A stretch of 64,000 nucleotides of DNA from the NCBI RefSeq assembly GCF_009914755.1, contig NC_060927.1; one strand, 5' to 3'. Both the position numbers and the translations under genes were made by a program. The notes below the pieces were generated by a model. It saw only the letters and a program-made list of their open reading frames with translations, was not told the origin of the DNA and did not search any database. Positions 26,430 through 41,094 of the stretch are shown here, piece after piece (within the stretch, counting starts at the first letter, position 1; each line of letters begins with the position of its first letter). This stretch comes from the human T2T-CHM13v2.0 reference genome, Homo sapiens.

Positions 26430-27700
26430 AACACTAGTGCCCACAAATTACTGGCAGGGTGTGCTTATACTACTCTTATTTTACTTATCAGTTTTAGGTA
26501 TCCTAATTTTCTACCATGGGAAATAAAGGTTTAGTGCTCCCATAAACATTTCTTATTTCCTTTTTCTTTGTGCTCCAAATGGTTATTTTGTAATTTAAAG
26601 TAAATCAAAAGTCAATGTTTGTGTTATCACAGTTTTGCAAATATTGCTCAATGCTGGGTCAAATAATGCACTATGACCATGCCTTCTTTTTTATATAACC
26701 CTCTGTTTTTCCTGGAGTTAATTATTACCTCCATTTTTTTCATCTTCCTGGTTGTACCTGAACCCATCACTAATTTATCCCACATGTTGCAATACCCCTA
26801 TTTAATGCTCATCGATAAATATTCCAAGATCCTAAATACATTAGTTCCATTTTTCCCCACTGGAGACATCATTTCTGAAACTTTGCTCTAATCTGGTCTG
26901 GCTGCTTTTCATGCCTGGGTTCTTCGTAAATTACTGTCTATGGCTGGTATGTTCTCTTTTTTTGGTTTCCTTCTCATTTTGCAGGAGCACATCCTGTAGT
27001 GACTCTCTAGGCAACAATGCCCTAGAAGTCATCTGAATCCGTGCATTTCTAAAAATGCCTTTGTGTTAACTAATAGTTTAGGTACAGACGTCTGGGCTGA
27101 AATTGATTTATCCGTCAAAATTTTGAAAGTACCTCTAGTAGTTTCTAGATGTCAGCAATGCTATTGAGATAATCTATTCTGATTACTAATATTTTAACTG
27201 TAACCTGTTGTATTGCTTTGAAAGTTTTTAGGATTTTTTTTTTCTCCCCTAGAAGTTCCGGAATTTCATGACAATGTGCTTTGGTGTGGGTCTTTTTTAC
27301 TCAAAGGATTGTTCACCTGATGGCCTTGCAATCTGAAGATTCTTGTCCTTCAGTTCTGAAAAATGTATTTTTCCCCCCTTTGATAAGTTTTCTCCCCTCC
27401 CTTTTCTATCTTCTTTTTTTCTGGACCTGCTATTAATCAAAATGTGTGATAAATGTTTTAATTTTATTACCTTCCCCCACAGTTTTCTTACTCTTTTAAT
27501 TTTGCTTTCTGAGAGATTTCCTTCATTTTGTCTTCCAACTTGTTATGTTTTTTAAATTATCTGCTGCCCTATTTTTAAGATTCAAAAGCCCTTTCTTATC
27601 TTTTGATTGCTTCTTTTTTTTTTTACAGCATCTTGTTTTTGCTTCATGGATACATTTATTTTATCTCTTTAAATGGTTTCTTCTGATACCTACATTATCT
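26430..27700 (-). mobile_element. Ancient L1M fragments
   Basis: T-rich degenerate antisense L1-like sequence. Confidence 0.45.
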
Positions 27701-28051
27701 CCACGGTTCCCAGGTTGCATGTGACAGAGATGGGGAACTAGGGATCTTACCACGCCACGTTAGGATTTTAAACCAGTACCCTGGTTTTCTGCTCTGCAGT
27801 TCACATCCCCCAACCTCCCATCCCATGGTGATTTATGCTTTGAAAACCAAAGCTTTTCTTGGGTTCTGCAAGAAACAAATGGCACCCTTCTCGTCCAGGT
27901 TGTAGCTTCCTTCATTTTGCTAAATTAGTTAGATTCCTCTATCTACTTTCCATCTATCTAAAAATTTGTTGAAATCACTCATCTTCTACTTTATCTTCTT
28001 CTTTTTGTTCTTGTGGGCATCGATTTATCTACCTACCTACCTACCTACCTA

Positions 28052-28663
28052 CAATTGAACCTCATTATTCTTGGTAGCTATGTTCTGTAAAGTCATTGTG
28101 AACAGTGCATTAGTGACTATTGAACCATTGCCCATAAGAGAAATATAGGGTTAGGGTCTTGGAAGCATCTGGTCGCAACAGTTTTGCAAACTGATCAATA
28201 TATAACCTTGTTTAATAGATAGTGTTGATTCATGAACATTGAACTTGCAGCCAACAGCACTATAACTCATGCCTGAACAAAGCTCACTGGTATTTGCTTT
28301 GTAAAGCACATCATAGCATTCCTGCACTTAGGAACACTAGGCAACAGTACTTCAGCACTATGCATAGGGGCTATTTTTAACAGCTAAATCACCAACAAAA
28401 AGCACAAAAATGTGAAAAATGTGGCACTATGTGTACCACAAAAAGGACACTTGCTTTTAGTATGAACATTGAAACCAGGCACAATATTACCTTGTTTGAC
28501 CTTAGCTAGAAAAGTGCACATTAGGCAACTCAAAATTTTTGCTGTTCTGCACATGTTTGCAAATGGCCACAAAATGCCATTTGTATTGATTTTGGGATTA
28601 CAATAAATTTTAGTAAGCAGATGAATTTGCAAATACAGAATCTGAGAATATGAGAATTGCCTG
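28052..28663 (-). mobile_element. MER82-like TcMar-Tigger DNA transposon
   Basis: Degenerate TIRs (caattgaacctcattattc ... gaatatgagaattgcctg) flanked by TA on both sides; preceded by (CTAC)n at 28029-28051. Confidence 0.75.
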
Positions 28664-28769
28664 TATCTATCTAATTATGTCATTCCTTTAGTTTCATTTC
28701 ATGAGGATTTTTCAGAAAAGAAATAGATGCCTGTGTCCAATCCCCCTCATTTAATAAAATGTTATTATT

Positions 28770-29720
<951 letters not shown>

Positions 29721-29894
29721 TAACATTATGTTTCACCCAGACAACAGCTCAGAGAACTGGGCAATGGCTGCTCATGTGTTGAGCCGGGGCATACAGGATG
29801 AAGAGGGACAATGAGAGGGAATGAATTCTATTCTAGACACCCTGAGTTTGAGGAACCTATGGAAATGTCCAGGAGGCAACTAAATGAAACAGCC

Positions 29895-30372
29895 TGTGGT
29901 AGACAGAATAATGGCCCCAAAGATGTCTACAGCCTAATCCCAGGAGCCTGTGAAAATGTTCCCTTTGCATGGTAAAGGGATGTGGCAGATATGATTAAGC
30001 TAAGGATCTTGAGATGGAGAGTTTATCCAGGATTATCCAGGTGTGCCCAGTATAATCACAGGGGTCCTTATAAGGACAGGCAGGAAGGCCAGAGTCAGAG
30101 GAAGAGATGTGATGGCAGCAGCAGAGTCTGGAGTGATGCAGGGAAGGGGCCACGAGCCAAGGAACATGGGCAGCTTCCAGAAGCTGGCAATGGTCGGTAA
30201 CAGATTGTCTCCTAAAAGTCTCCACAAAGAATGTGGTCCTGTCAACACCTTGGTTTTAGCCCCTTAATACTCATTTCAGACTTCTGACTCAACAAATGTA
30301 AGACAATAAACTTGCGTTGTTTTAAGTCACTAAATCTGTGATTTGTTGCCACAGCAACAGGAAATTAATCCA
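29895..30372 (+). mobile_element. MLT1D-like MaLR solo LTR
   Basis: TG...CA ends, tgtggtagacagaataatggcccc start, internal AATAAA, 5-bp TSD cagcc/cagct. Confidence 0.85.
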
Positions 30373-30585
30373 CAGCTCAGGGCCAGGAAAAGGCTGGGAT
30401 GGGGATAAACACTTGGAGGTGCTGACAGATGCAGGGTAGGTGAAAACTCCTGGAGGGATGAGGCTGGCTGAGGGCTGGATTTCCTTGTGAGGGGGTGAGC
30501 AGAAGATGAACGAAAATGGGCTGAGTGGGAAGGAATCAGCCCTTGGACAATCCTGCATGGGAAACAGGCTTAAGAAGGGAGTTTG

Positions 30586-30989
30586 TACCACATTTTCTTT
30601 ATCCAGTCCATAATGCTATGCAGCCTTAAAAAGGAACGAATCACGTCCTTTGTGGGGACATGGATGGAGCTGGAAGCTGTTATCCTTAGCAAACTAACGC
30701 AGGAACAGAAAATCAAACACCACATGTTCTCACTTACAAGTGGGAGAGCTGAATGGTGAAAACACATGTGAAAACACATGGACACATGGTGGGGAGCAAC
30801 ACACACTGGGACCTGTTGGAGGTGTGGGAGGAGGGAGAGCATCAGGAAAAATAGCTAATGGATGCTGGGCTTCATACCTAGGTGATAGCCTGATCTGAGC
30901 AGCAACACACATGGCACACGTTTACCTATGTAACAAGCCTGCATATCCTGCACTTGCACCCTGGAACTTTAAAAAAAAAAAAAAAAAAA
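30586..30989 (+). mobile_element. Short L1PA 3' end with 5' inversion
   Basis: L1PA 3'UTR plus poly(A); about 29 nt of inverted L1 at the 5' end; TSD core ggagtttg on both sides. Confidence 0.85.
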
Positions 30990-32084
30990 GGAGTTTGATC
31001 ACACCATCAAATATCTCAAGAGGGCAAGTCACAAGGAGCCTGGAAACTGGATGGATGGATGGTGAGGTCTCAGGAGGCCACAGGCAGGACTCCGCAGGAG
31101 GGAAGTGGCCGACAGCAAGGTCTGGTGGCAGCTGCTAGTGCAGAGGAGGCAGAGCATGCTGGCGCCTTCTCAGGGCTGCCTGGGCCCTGCTCAGCACACG
31201 CTGGCTATAGCGGCACTCGAGGAGGGTAGAGGTCCTGTTCTCCTACGGCCATGGAAAGTGGAGATCTAGAGGCAGGGTGGACAGGAATGCCAAGACAGAA
31301 AGAAGGGCCACTTCACCTCTACCTCTCCCTAGCAAGTGGAAGGCAGATGCTGGAACACGGCGGGCAGTGTTGCAGAAAACTCCACGTGGCCCTCAGGATG
31401 CTAAAGGGCAGGGCTATGCCTGGTATCACTGTTCATTCATGAATCTCACATTCAGTCAGCCTGGCTCTGTCTGTGCCACTTGGGAAGCCTCTTCTGCCCC
31501 AGGAGATCCCAGTCTAGGGGTGGGGAGAACAAGCACATGGTTCCCATCCAGTGGAGCCCATGGAGGTGAGGTGGAGGGAGGGAGAAGGGAAGGGGCGACC
31601 TGCTGCTCTGTGGAGAAACAGCAAAGCCCTCTGCAGCCAGCACAGCTGGCCTTCCTCACCCTCAGCCTCCCAGGCCTCTGCGGGAGGGAGGGACAGGCAC
31701 GCTGGCCGGCTAGAGATGTTGTTTTCTCCTTTGTTTTATGCACAATGCCCCAGAAAAACATTTTGCTGATATGTAATCAGGACAACATAATAGAGTCTGA
31801 GAGAGCAGTCTTCTCATTTTAGACAACTTAGGCTTTCATAATGTTCAAAGAGAATAATTTTTTTTTTTTAAAAAAGCTTAGTTCTTAGATGCAGAAAAGG
31901 GTCAGAGGAAAATACATGTAGTGCATAAAAAGCTTCAGTTCTGAGACTCTTTACCCACCCAGTGCTGGTGAATTCACATCTTTGTCTCATTTTCTCTACC
32001 AGGTAAGAAAGGCAGCAAACTCAGTAGCCTTTTAGGAGCTCAACGAAATAAAAAATAATAATTGTTATTATTACATGAAACATA

Positions 32085-32570
32085 TTGTTTGGAAGAATGG
32101 TGTCTATTATGACTTCCCTGTGTCCAGGCCACTTTCCAACACAGCTCGGCAGCTCCTCCCATAAGAGGGAGAGTCCCTCTGGTCACCCCTTGAATCTTGG
32201 CTGGTCTTGGGACTTGCTCTGACAAATAGGATATGGCAGATGTGACATTACGGTCATCCTGAACCTAGGCCTCAAGGAGCCTTGCTGTTTCTGCTCACTC
32301 TCCAGGAACCCTGCCTACGCCATGAGGACAGGCCCAGGCTAGCCTTCGGATGATGAGAGACCTGTGGCCCTGCTAAGCAGCAGACGTGAGAGATGCCATC
32401 TTGGAGCTGCTAGCTGTGGTCCACCCATCAGCGCCTGCAGGCACATGCTGAGATTAGTCGATTTCCTAAAAGTTGAAGGAAAAATCACCCAGCTGACCTG
32501 TTTGGGTTATGATTTTAACTCACTAAGCTTTGGGGAGCTTTATTACACAGCAGAAGCTAACTGGTGTATT
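32085..32570 (+). mobile_element. MLT1 (G/H-like) LTR
   Basis: ccccttgaatcttggctggtcttgggacttgctctgac...cactaagctttgggg...cagaagctaactg. Confidence 0.7.
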
Positions 32571-32655
32571 ACTATTATTACTATTATTCTAAGAACCAAA
32601 TACCAGGCAAACCTCTGGGAGGAAAATTGTAATGAAAGTCACCTCATTGATTTGT

Positions 32656-32961
<306 letters not shown>

Positions 32962-35289
32962 TCACCTCATTTGATTTGAGAGAAATACAATGATATAGTT
33001 ACTGCTGAAGGGGAGTGTTCCTAATTTGTCACCACACTCAAGGCTGGCACACCTAGCCCTTATTTGCTCCAGGCCGGACACTTTGGCCTTGCATTACCTC
33101 TGGAGCCCTGAAGTCTAATTTATGATAACCTACTGTGAGGCCCAGCAGTGCCACCAGCTTGCCCTGGAAGAGAGAGATAAAAACCCACACTGGGTAGATC
33201 GTCCTAGCTCGAGATGTTGCCCTGGCTTCTCCTAAAGCACCATGCCAAGCTGGCAAGAAAACCAAACCTGCATGTGCAAGATAACATTCTCCTGGATTCT
33301 GGGACACGCTGGGTGATCTGGTCCTGGTACATGCGGTTTCTCTAACGTCAGTTACTTGGAAGGCAGAAAGAAGAAAGGGGCTACGGGATGGAAGGGCAGG
33401 AGATGGCATGCATCCTTATTATCAGGGGTGTCTGCCCACACACACCTGCATGAGCAGAATGAGAACCAGGCAAGGCATGCAACCACGCAAGGCTCCTGAT
33501 CACAGGGAAGGTAATGAGGCCGGACATGCGGCGGCTAAGGGGCGATGGCTGGGGCCAACTCTGACCCGTAGCAGGGACAGGCACTGCAGTTCTGACTGTG
33601 GTTAAGCAACACAAAGCTGCCACATCCTGTCAGCTGCTCATCGGGACCACGTATGCAATAGCACAGGGCTCCTGTCCTCTAGAAGCTGACATCTTAAACA
33701 CACATTGAGTGCTTCAGGGTGAGGGGGTCCTCCCAGGCCAACTTAGAAATAGCTTTGTTTGATAACAATTAAAAAAGAAACATTTTCTCCATCCAGAGAC
33801 TTGCCAGGTCCCTCCTACTGGCTTTGATGAGAGAGAAAACTAGGCTTTCTGGGAGTAAATGGGACTTGCTACTTTATTACTCTCTTTAGACTATCAGAGA
33901 TGAATGAGGGATCCTATATCATATCTTTAGCCCTTCTTTCTGATTTTTCACCTTATGTATTACCTAGAAAAGAGAAAAGGGATTGAAAAAAGGAGCTTTT
34001 CCAAAGTGTATAATTAAAAAGTTGTTTATTTTGGAGTTGGGGACCTGGGGAGAGAGCCAGTCTGTCTGCAGGAATTCTAGAACCCAAAACTGTCAACGTT
34101 GTCCCCTCCACCTGTCAGCAGTGGATTCCTAACAGCTTACTGATAATCATAAAATGCAAACCCAGAAGAGGTCTCTGAATAAAGGTTGGTTCAAAACCTT
34201 AAGAGACAGGGAAATGGAGATTAAAGATTATTTCACTGTCCTAGCTAACAACGAACAGAGCCACACAACACACCATGTGCTGGGCTGTCACAGTCTTGAC
34301 TCACTAAGGAAGGGATTGGGTAAGACATGGGATTTCTCTCTCCCTAACTTTCTCTGCCTGGTAACTTCAAAGGTGCCACATTCTCAAGCCATGCTGGAGC
34401 AATCACAGTTGGCCAATATTCTCTTTGTGGTGACTCAACTGTCAGTATCATGTTGCTATGGCTACCACAATTCTCACTCAGCCCTCCCTCCTTATGCTCT
34501 GCTCTTATTTAAACCAAATTGCATTGCACTAATCCCACAGCATGCTCTTTGAGGACCCAGCTCTGATAGGGCTTCTAAGGTGCCAGAAACCTCCAGCTGG
34601 AATATCCTGCCTTCAGGACACATCAGACATCTGGCTGTTCATTAGTCCAATGTTACAAGTCCTGCAGTCCACCTCCCATTCTATCTGGCTCCCTGCTCTA
34701 CCAGAGACAAATCCACCAGAGCCATAACAGATGCGCTGCCGGGTCCCCATCAGCATCTGCACTGAGACCTACCACGGGACAAACCAATGATGAAAAAACC
34801 AAAGTCCAGAAAATGAAAATGGTCTCAGAGAGACTGGCCAATCCTATTTGGGGTCCTCTAGAAAATTCTCCCATCACTCTTCCCTGTCCTACCATTTCCA
34901 CATATTGATCATGACTTGGTGCTTCGTTTTTCTGCCCCTGCACTAGAACACAAACTCCACAAAGGCAAGGAGTTTATCTTGTTCTTGATGAATCCCAGGC
35001 ACTTAAGGAAGTATTTGTTCGATAATTAGTTGTTGAGTGAGTGAATAAATGCACCTGTCCTAGCATTTTGTGGGTAGGTTCTGCCACCATTGTCTTGTAC
35101 TCTCAAAGTCTTATCAAAATTGCTGTAAATCATGCCTAAAATGAGACATGAGTTTGCCACCAAAAATGTGAATTAATTTGCCAGGATGCTGTGTTACCAT
35201 TTTTATGGGTATTTTGCATGTGGAAGTTGGAAGTATATTCACGTATGAAAATTAGACACAGTCATGTACTGGCCATAAAGCACAAGGCC

Positions 35290-35790
35290 ATTATTTAGCT
35301 AGCCACACACAAACTTGTTTCTTCCCTGTTTCTGTTCCATTGCCACGCATTACAGAGGGTCCTATCAGGAGGTAGTGCCTGTTTCTCCATCTCTTGACTC
35401 TGAGCTGGTTTTGTGACTTTCTTTGGCCAATAGTACATTAACAAATATGATGCAAACCGCAGCATGAAATAAGCTAGCACATTGGGGCTTGCCCACTTGC
35501 TGCTTTTGGGAATCCTGTGGCTGCCATCCTGTGAAGAGGTTCAGGTTAGCTTACTGAATGTTAAGATACACAAGGCTCTGTTCTAGCCAACTGCCAGACA
35601 TATGAATGAGGCCACTCTAGATCATTCAGCTACCAGCTGACATATGAGAGAGCCCAGCAGAGATCAGCAAGGTTGCCCTATGGCTGAAAAATTGATCAGA
35701 TGACCTAAAGAATCATGAGCTAATACATGGTTATTTGAAGCCACTAAGTTTGGAATGGTTAGTTACACAGCAGAAGCCAACTGATAGAGA
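35290..35790 (+). mobile_element. MLT1 (H-like) LTR
   Basis: gtgactttctttggccaatag...gaagccactaagtttggaatggttagttacacagcagaagccaactgata. Confidence 0.7.
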
Positions 35791-36046
35791 CTGAAAAACA
35801 AAACATCCAACAAACATTTAATGGAGATGAGTGTTTCTGCTTCTTTCAAAGTTACCTTGTCTTTATACAGGAAGGTAACTCTGCAGTTATAGATTTTAAA
35901 TAGAATAATGCTTTTGTGCTAATCCCTACCCCTCACCTTCTTGTCCAAACCGTTTCTGAACAACATCAAGAATTTTCAAGGTGAAGTCAAAGGTGAAATT
36001 TGTTTCCGTGGGATAAAAATTCCCTAGTTTCAAAAAGTAAGGCCCT

Positions 36047-36830
36047 CAAGAGAATGAGAAGACAAGTCAAAGACTAGGAGAAATATCTGCAAAAGCCATA
36101 TCTGATAAAGGACTTTTATCCAAAATATACAAAGAATTCATAAGACTAAACAATAAGACAACAAACAACCCAATTTAAAAATGGGCAAAAGTTCTAAACA
36201 AATACCTCACCAAAGAAGATATGCAGGTAGCAAATAATAAGCATATAAAAAGATGCTCAACATCATATGTCATTAGGGAAATGCAAATAAGACAGTCCAC
36301 CTTAGAATGACCACATTAGAATGGCCAAGATCCAAAACACTGACAATACTTAATGCCGGTGAGGATGTGGAACAACAGCAACTCTCGTTCACTGTGGTGG
36401 GGACGCAAAATAGTACAGCCACTACAGAAGACAGTTTGGCAGTTTCTTACAAAACTAGACATACTTTACAATATGATCCAGCAATCATACTCCTTGGTAT
36501 TTACCCAAATAAGCTGAAAACTTTTGTCCACACAGAAACCTACACATGGCTGTTTATAGCAGCTTTATTCATAATTGCTAAAACTTGGAAGCAACCAAGA
36601 TGCCCTTCAGTAACTGACAGAGAAACTGCAGTGGAACCATACAATGAAATATTATCCAGCACTAAAAAGCAATGAGCTCTCAAGAGATGGAGGAGCCTTA
36701 AATCCATATTACTAAGTGAAAGAAGCCAACTGGAAAAGGCTACATACTGTATGGGAACTCTGTAGATTCAGTTCAGTTTTGCTATGAACCTAAAACTACT
36801 CTAAAATATAAAGTTTATTTTTCTAAAAAA
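36047..36830 (+). mobile_element. L1M (MB/MC-like) ORF2 C-terminus and 3'UTR fragment
   Basis: ORF 36307..36675 shows L1 ORF2p C-terminal motifs (YDPAIILLGIYP, FIAALFIIAKTWKQPRCPS). Confidence 0.85.
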
Positions 36831-37219
36831 AAGTAAGGACCTTGAATCAAAACTGACATGAATTACTATACAAGAGCAAGAAAATTGAAGTCAGCAAAAA
36901 CCCACCAATGGAAAACTAATTAAATAAATTAAAATTTTTCATAGATTGAAGTACTCTATGGCCATTACAAATAATGAAGTAAAAGCCTAATAACAGAAAC
37001 ATTTTCAGCATACAGTTACATACAAAAATGTATAACAGTTTGAAGAGTATGATACCATTTTTGTAAAAAATATGCAAATATAGATAGAATATACACAGGA
37101 AGGATTATCCTAAGATGCTATGCAGCTACCTTCTAGTGATGCTGAAAGTTGGGGTTTACTTTGCTTTCTTTTCTTGACCTGTATTTTCTAAATTATCTTT
37201 AATGACCACTTGTCACTTT

Positions 37220-37795
37220 TTTCAACATCTTTATTGATATATAATTGGATATCTTAAAATTCACCTATTTAAAGCAAACAATTCAGTGGTTTATAATATA
37301 TTCAGAGTTATACAACCATCACCACAATCTAAGTTTAGACCACTTTCATCACCCCCCACACCAATACCCTGTACCTATTAGCAGTCACTCCCCTTTCCCC
37401 CCACCCACCCCGAGGCAACCACGAGTCCACTTTTTGTCTCTATGCACTTGCCTCACCTGGATATTTCATATAAATGGATTCATATAATATGTGGTCTTTT
37501 GCAACTGGCTTCTTTCACTTTAGCATATGTTCAAGGTTCATACATGTAGCATATATCAGTAGTTTATTCCTTTTTATTGCAAAATAATATTCCATCATAT
37601 GGATATACCATAGTTTATTCATCATTTGATGAACATTTAAGTTGTTTCTACTTTTTGGACATTACAAATAAAGCTGCCATCAACATTAATGTACATAGGT
37701 CTTTATGTGGACATATGTTTTCATTTCTCTTAAATATAGGGGTGGAATTGCTGGGTCATATGGTAACTATGTTTAACATTTTGGGAAAGTGTCCA
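37220..37795 (-). mobile_element. L1MB-like 3' fragment
   Basis: Antisense L1 3' motifs, e.g. ggaattgctgggtcatatggtaactatgtttaac. Confidence 0.8.
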
Positions 37796-38094
37796 TGGAT
37801 CACTTTTATAAAAATAAAAAAAGTTATAAGAATGAAAGCAGAGGCCTCTTGGCCTCACTAGACTAGTTCTCAAGCCTTCTTAAGTCTAATTTGCCAAGCC
37901 TAATTTGCCACTTCACCCGAAAAGGATGTTTAAAGAGGCCACTGATTTAAAAGCTATGTGTCAACATGCATGCCCAGCTTATTCAAGTTGGAAGGGGTCA
38001 GGGTGGACCTCTAGTCCAGTGGCTGCTAGGCCTGGCTGAATTTTTTACATGCAGTTCCCTAATCTCCACCCCGAAGACCCACTGACTTTGAGTC

Positions 38095-38333
38095 TCGATC
38101 TCAGCTCACTGCAGCCTCAACCTCCCAGGCTCAAGTGAGCCTCCCACTACAGCCCCTCTGAGTCGCTGGGAATACAGGCACACACCACCATGCCCAGCTA
38201 ATTTTTATTTTTTTAATGTAGAGAGACAAGGTCTCACTATGTTGCCCAGGCTGGTTTTGAACTCCTGGGCTTAAACAGTCCTCCCACTTCAGCCTCCCAA
38301 AGAGCTGGGATTACAGGCATAAGCCAGCCAGCC
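38095..38333 (-). mobile_element. AluJ, partial, inside a MER5-like element
   Basis: cactgcagcctcaacctcccaggctcaag...gggattacaggc. Confidence 0.85.
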
Positions 38334-40457
38334 AGAATGTGAATTTTTAATAAGTCCTCAGGTGATTCTGAGGACTAGCAAGGTTTGGGAACCACTGCGC
38401 TAGTCCTTCCTGCCTAAAACATCACTCCTAATTAGTGGTAATGGAACATCCAAGTCACACCAGCATCTGGGAGTTGACAGTCCTAGGCCCCAGCCACTTC
38501 CTCTGCTAAAGAGTTCCACATACACTCTCCAATTAGACCTAGTTTTTCCCTTACAATCAACAAAAACAGTCTACTTCCTTCCTCATAAGTCAGCCCTTCA
38601 AAGATATGAGGAAGCCAGCTACCTGATTACCCTTGTTTTTTCCTCCTCCAAGATAAACATGTCCAATTGTTTCCCACCATTTCCAGGTGTCTCCCGCATC
38701 ACTGTCACTTTCACCTGTACCCTAGAGTCTGCTGATGTTTCTCATCAAATATGGTGGTCATGGTGGAACCTAAGACTCTAAGTCAGCCAGCACTGGACTG
38801 AAGAAAACAGGGAGAAGTCCTTCATGCATGTGTTTTCATAAATTTGGTCAAAGATATCTGTTCTAAGCAGTGCTAACCTCATATTATCCAATTATTTATT
38901 CAATCAATGTTTGTTAAAAACCTGCAACACAAAAGGAACTAATGTGGATCCAGAAACCATGAATATAAGGAATGGCTGGTCCCTGACTCAAGGAGTTTGC
39001 ATAGCAATTTGATAACTTCAGTAATTCCTAGGTAAGGTGAAATGTGGTTGTTTCAAAAGGAGGGGAGAGCAAAGCCAGCTGATAGTCTTATAGATGGCCC
39101 CACAAAGCTGGTGGCATTAGGGTTGGGCTGGAAATGACGAGCAACTGCCTCAAAAGTGAAGATCTGAGGTGGAGCAGGGTCTCAGCAGAGAGTGAGCAAC
39201 CAGAAAGAAACATGGGCTGTGATCTGGAAATGTTCACTGGGTCACAGCCCAGAGCACTTGGAGGGAAGCAGTAGAGACATTCTTGGCCTGTATTAACTCT
39301 TTTTCATTGGAATTGCTGTCAAATCAGGTATGCTTCATTCTATATTATTGACTTTTTGGAGCTTAAATACAATTTGTTGATACTTAAATGTATTCCTATT
39401 ACATTTTATTGGGCTGGTTTTTGTCCAACATTCATATACTAAGAAGTAACAGATTGGAAGGGGTTTAAGAAGTCAGGGAAACCTACTCAAAAAAGAAAGT
39501 GGATTAGATCAGTAATTTTCAAGGTTTTTTTTTTTTAATTAGTAGGATGCTTCCTATAGGCATCAACTATAATCTAATTTAGAAACAACATGTAAAAACA
39601 GATACATTCAGAAAAGGCGGCTCTGGTTGACACTGGCATGGGTGGGTGGTCCAGAGTCTTCCCCACTCTCAGACCTGCCCTGGCCTTCTTCCCCCTCGCC
39701 CAACTAGAATGCTTTATGTGGAGCCCAAGAGCATCCATGTTCTTATTCTTAGATCCCAAGGGCCACCCAAGGTATTCTGTGGCCTCCCAGAATCAGGTCT
39801 CTTCAGGTCCACCACCTTCTAGATCACTGCACAAGCCCCTGAAAAAGATGTGAAACAGGCCAAGGCACAGGATGGCATCAGAAAGCTCATGAAGACAGAC
39901 CTCCTCCCAATGAAAGCACATCGTTGCCAAGTGCGGCCTCTCAATCAGTTATACACCACCCATAGGCCCTTCCTTTTTATTTAGTTGTATTAAAAGCCTT
40001 GGCCAGGTGAATTTCAAAGAACATATTTCAAGGAGTGGTAATGAGTGAACACATAACTACAAGAACACCCCCCAACCTTTTATGCTCACTGATTTAATAT
40101 ACTTCAGTTCTCTCTGGAGAACCATTTGCCCTCTCTTCATCTGTGGCTCTCAAACTATGCATTTTAAGCTCTTTTAGGGGGCCACATGGAAAGCATAAGA
40201 AATGGGGGCAGCCCCCAGGAGCAAGGACCAGCTCCTGGATAACTGCCTGCAAGAAAACAAGGACCTCAGACCTGCAACCACAAGGCCAACAACCTAAGTG
40301 AGCTTGGAAGTGGATTCTTCCCCACCAAAACCTCTAATAAGGCACACAGCTCTGCTGACATCCCATTTCAGTGTTTTGAGACCCTAAGCAGCAGACGACC
40401 CAGTTCAGCCCACCTGGATTTCTGGCCCACAGAAACTGTAAGATAATAAGTAGGTGG

Positions 40458-40458
<1 letters not shown>

Positions 40459-40490
<32 letters not shown>
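40459..40490. repeat. (TG)16 microsatellite at the end of an MLT1 LTR fragment (about 40170-40500)
   Basis: Direct reading of the sequence. Confidence 0.9.
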
Positions 40491-40493
<3 letters not shown>

Positions 40494-40599
40494 AAAGCTG
40501 TTATAGAATTATCTCCCACTTTTTTATCTCAAACACATTGGGAAAACCTAAAGATATAGCCCCTGTTATCACATTGAGCCCTTAACTTGCCACAGGATG

Positions 40600-40975
40600 C
40601 ATAAACATTATTTTTGGGCATGTTGTGAGGGTGTTTCTGGAAAAGATTAGCATTTGAATGGGTCAACTGAGTAGACCAGATGGCCCTCCCCAGTGTGGGT
40701 GGACACCATCCAGTCATTGAGGACCTGAACAGAACAAAGGGTGGAGGAAGGCTGAATTAACACCGCCTGACTGCTTGAACAGGAACGTCCATCTTCTGCC
40801 CTTGTTGCTCCTGGTTCTCAGGGCTTGGGACCTGGACTGGAGTCCACACCATCAGCTGCTAGCTCTCAGGCCTCTGAACCATACCACTGGCTTTCCTGGG
40901 TCTCCAGCTTGCAGATAGCAGACTGTGGGACTCCTCAGCCTCCATAATCACATGAGCCAAAACCTTATAATAAAT

Positions 40976-41016
<41 letters not shown>

Positions 41017-41094
41017 CGTGCGCGCACGCGCACATGTGCATGTGTATGTGTATAATCTCCTACTGGTTCTGTTTTACTGGAGAACCCTAATACA
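40600..41094 (+). mobile_element. MLT2 (ERVL) LTR
   Basis: gtgagggtgtttctggaaaagattagcatttgaat...ctggagaaccctaataca. Confidence 0.8.
40979..41054. repeat. Compound (TG)n(CG)n alternating purine-pyrimidine tract, 76 nt
   Basis: Uninterrupted alternation, read directly. Confidence 0.92.

Noticed and set aside
31277-31822. 181-aa plus-strand ORF
   Set aside because: GTG start in GC-rich sequence with overlapping ORFs in several frames; no recognisable homology.
36307-36675. ORF with L1 ORF2p similarity
   Set aside because: Decayed, truncated L1 fragment; not an active element or domesticated gene.
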